64,000 bases of DNA from Azolla caroliniana (Eukaryota > Plantae > Polypodiophyta). Position numbers and translations under genes: made by a program. Shown one piece after another: positions 61,384-64,000 of this stretch. The DNA is taken from the NCBI GenBank assembly GCA_043228905.1, contig JBHGNT010000002.1, positions 6,572,001 to 6,636,000 on the forward strand. The letters are read 5' to 3'. Under the pieces are notes generated by a model, which had not been told where the DNA came from, made no database searches, and was given only the letters and a program-made list of their open reading frames with translations. The first letter of the stretch is position 1, and every line of letters starts with the position of its first letter.

Positions 61384-63878
61384 TCAATCTTTATCACCAA
61401 CATCAACTTTTGGCCCGTCGTATGTTGACACAAAGAAAACACTTTGGTTCTTTTGCAGATACCTGTCCGAAATAAATATAACAATACACATCCATTCCTA
61501 ACATTTAGTAGGCAGTCTCTGCAAATGTGTTTTTTCTTCTTTTACATCCCAGGGTGGCACTTGAATTCTCAACATCATATATCTATATACATAGTTAAGA
61601 GCATCAAGTTACTGTTAACTTTTTGAAGATTTAACAAAATACCCCAAAGTTTCAGAACTAGTGAGAATATTATGCTCTCAGTCTTTCTTCTGCTAATTGT
61701 TCAAAATCTATGGGTATTTTGGTAAATATCCAAAATTTTAGCAGATATTACATACATACATATACCACTCTCACTTACCTAACATAAATTTAATAATAGC
61801 ATTTCCTTACTTGAGAAAATCTGCTAGCTTTTGTTGCAATTGTGCCAGAGCATCCTCTTCCATATTAGTGTAAACAAGCAAATCTGGAAGCTTCACTGGG
61901 AAAAATACACAAGTTTTTATCCATCACTGTAAAAATAATACAAAAATCTTAAAACTACCATAGTTAACATTCATAAGGTTTTATCCCTTCTGTAACTTCC
62001 ATGGTTCTAAAAGGAGGATACACATGCTTTCATAATTCCAATACAAAATAACTACAGTTGTATTTTCATATACATTGCTCTATCCTTCAGACTAAAAACT
62101 TAACTTCAAACTATGAACTACCATAATTCTATTTCAAGGATAAACAAACTTTTAACCATCGGTGAAAACTAGCCTAACTATCATATAGGAGATCGAGCAT
62201 TACCAAACAAGCGCAAAAGGTGTTCAGCTCCATAGATAGATGAGGGGGTAATGTTAGTATGGTCTTCCTGTACATTGTCAGTATATTGACCACGTTCTTC
62301 TTTATATAATAGCATCACTGGAAGAGCCTTGTCGAAATAAGAGCGCAAGCCATTGAGAATTTCTACCACAGTATCACTGACTCTGGAAAAGAGGCAATAG
62401 ATCAATCACCACTAAGTAATTAATTAATTTATAACTAATATACTCAAAACTACTTCCCACTAAGAGATCTATTGTCCATTGTGTTTACTGAAATTTGAAG
62501 GGATGCAAGGATTCTTTTTTATGCATTTGGCTATTATGTCATAGGAAAACAAAAATACTGGAATCTTAATTAAAACATTATCAGCAAATTTACTCTCTAG
62601 AAGCTACTAAGTTACTAAAAGCTTGGACTTCCATCATTTTTAAGTTCAAAAATTTCTATTTCTTCAGGTAGAGAATGACTTTCTAGTTTAATACATTTTT
62701 CTCCGCATTTTATGGTATGTGACTAAAAATTTAACAGCATTTAGGGTGTCTTTTCTTTTATATCTATTAGTGGATCACTGCTATATGATCAATCCATTCA
62801 CATTTTATATATATGAAGACAACACTATGATATTGATTGAGTGTACACCAAGGTTAACACATTAGACTATTCAGCTTTATAAACCATTTTAAGTTCAATA
62901 AATTAAAGGATGGTGTTATATACTCATTCTTGACTTTCTGCCAAGTGGAACATCCGAAATTCAGATTGAATAGGCATTGTATGTATTATCTAAAATGCAT
63001 TTATAAGAAACCATAATTCAGTCCTTTTATTAGAATAGGCATAATTTGTTGAAAGTTAGAATTGTTCAGTCCAAGGACAAAATGCAGAGAAATCTTACAT
63101 GCCATCCTGTTTAGTTTTGAATTCCAGATACTTTTTGAGGATATCATCAACATTGGGATCCCGGGGAAGCTTGATTAACTGAGTAGTTTTGTGGATAAAA
63201 ATAATTAGCAGCCTGAAGGAAGTAAAATTCTAACCACATGAAAAATATCAAATTTCATGCTTTAGACCAAAATAAATAATCAATATTTGGCACATTTAAA
63301 ATGTCATGGTTACAAGCTTTTGAATCAATCCGCATCATATGATAAACTAATTGGACTCTTTGTAACACCCTAGTTAATTCATATAGGCACCAACAAGGTA
63401 CATAATATCAAAGATATAAATGGAGATTGGCAACATGATCCCCCCCCAGAAGACTAACATTTCTCTGGAAAAATTATGATCTTAAAAAATGTAGAAAAAT
63501 GTACAAGGTTCGATTTTCTCTACCTTGCCATGCTGTGTTACAAACTCCCAATCATCCACTAACTGCTTTTTCAATGCTCCTGGAAGAGGAATCTTCATAA
63601 CTTGATCAGGTTCATCAGTGTCTCTATCCTAAAACAAATAAATATACCAGATAAAATGCAATGCCATATTTACAAAATCAGGTAGTATATTCATAAAAGA
63701 GTATTTTATAATCTCTTGAATACAATGCACAACTCTAGAACTTATTAACAAAAATTCAAGTTATTGCATGGATCATGTTTAAGAGAATACAATACAGATT
63801 TTCAGCTTTACTAAAGAGAAAGAGAAACTTCACATACTTCAACACCTGCGTCCGCTTTACGTTTCTTTGCCCTTGTAA
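61384..63878 (-). CDS. MRG1: MRG-domain (MORF4-related, MRG1/MRG2/Eaf3 family) protein, last six coding exons; 5' part outside the window
   Basis: Exons 63878-63838, 63628-63524, 63178-63099, 62382-62204, 61895-61811, 61462-61384. Motifs: LKKQLVDDWEFVTQHGKLIKLPRDPNVDDILKKY, GLRSYFDKALPVMLLYKEER, PSSIYGAEHLLRLFVKLPDLL, DFLKYLQKNQSVFF. Confidence 0.93.
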
Positions 63879-64000
63879 CTGCAGAGTTTCGGATTAGCAA
63901 CAGACAATATTAGACTTGTACTAACAATCAGTTTAAACGGAGTTTACTCATCTCTTATTCTCATATAGAAAGATATATTAACATCTTCTAAGAGGCAAAA

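Overview
Repeat-rich, AT-rich nuclear DNA from a land plant. A non-seed plant such as a fern is inferred from the PLS-type PPR debris, Tf1/Tcn1-like and RTE/RTEX-like retroelements, and long introns. Host genes: a 10-exon TMEM120 homolog (+, 14131-21936), a 7-coding-exon phospholipid:diacylglycerol acyltransferase PDAT (+, 24422-34090), a single-exon NXPE/PC-esterase-like SGNH protein (-, 53165-54916) and the 3' exons of an MRG chromatin gene (-, from 61384 to beyond the right edge). The rest is mostly nested transposons: a Ty3/gypsy chromovirus with both LTRs and a TSD but a deleted RT core (5791-12094), a sister element running off the left edge, a full-length L1 with TSD (38911-45218), a copia-type solo LTR, a Mutator-like MITE and RTE-like LINE fragments. 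Two observations stand out. (1) Two members of an apparently self-priming (Tf1-type) LTR lineage, one gag-coding and one non-coding with a 48-bp array, both begin U3 with an antisense tRNA-like A/B-box module. (2) Two diverged chromoviruses share a conserved, apparently covarying ~170-nt RNA structure in their leaders, each followed by a 3' splice acceptor just before the gag ATG. All alignments, counts and folds were done by eye.
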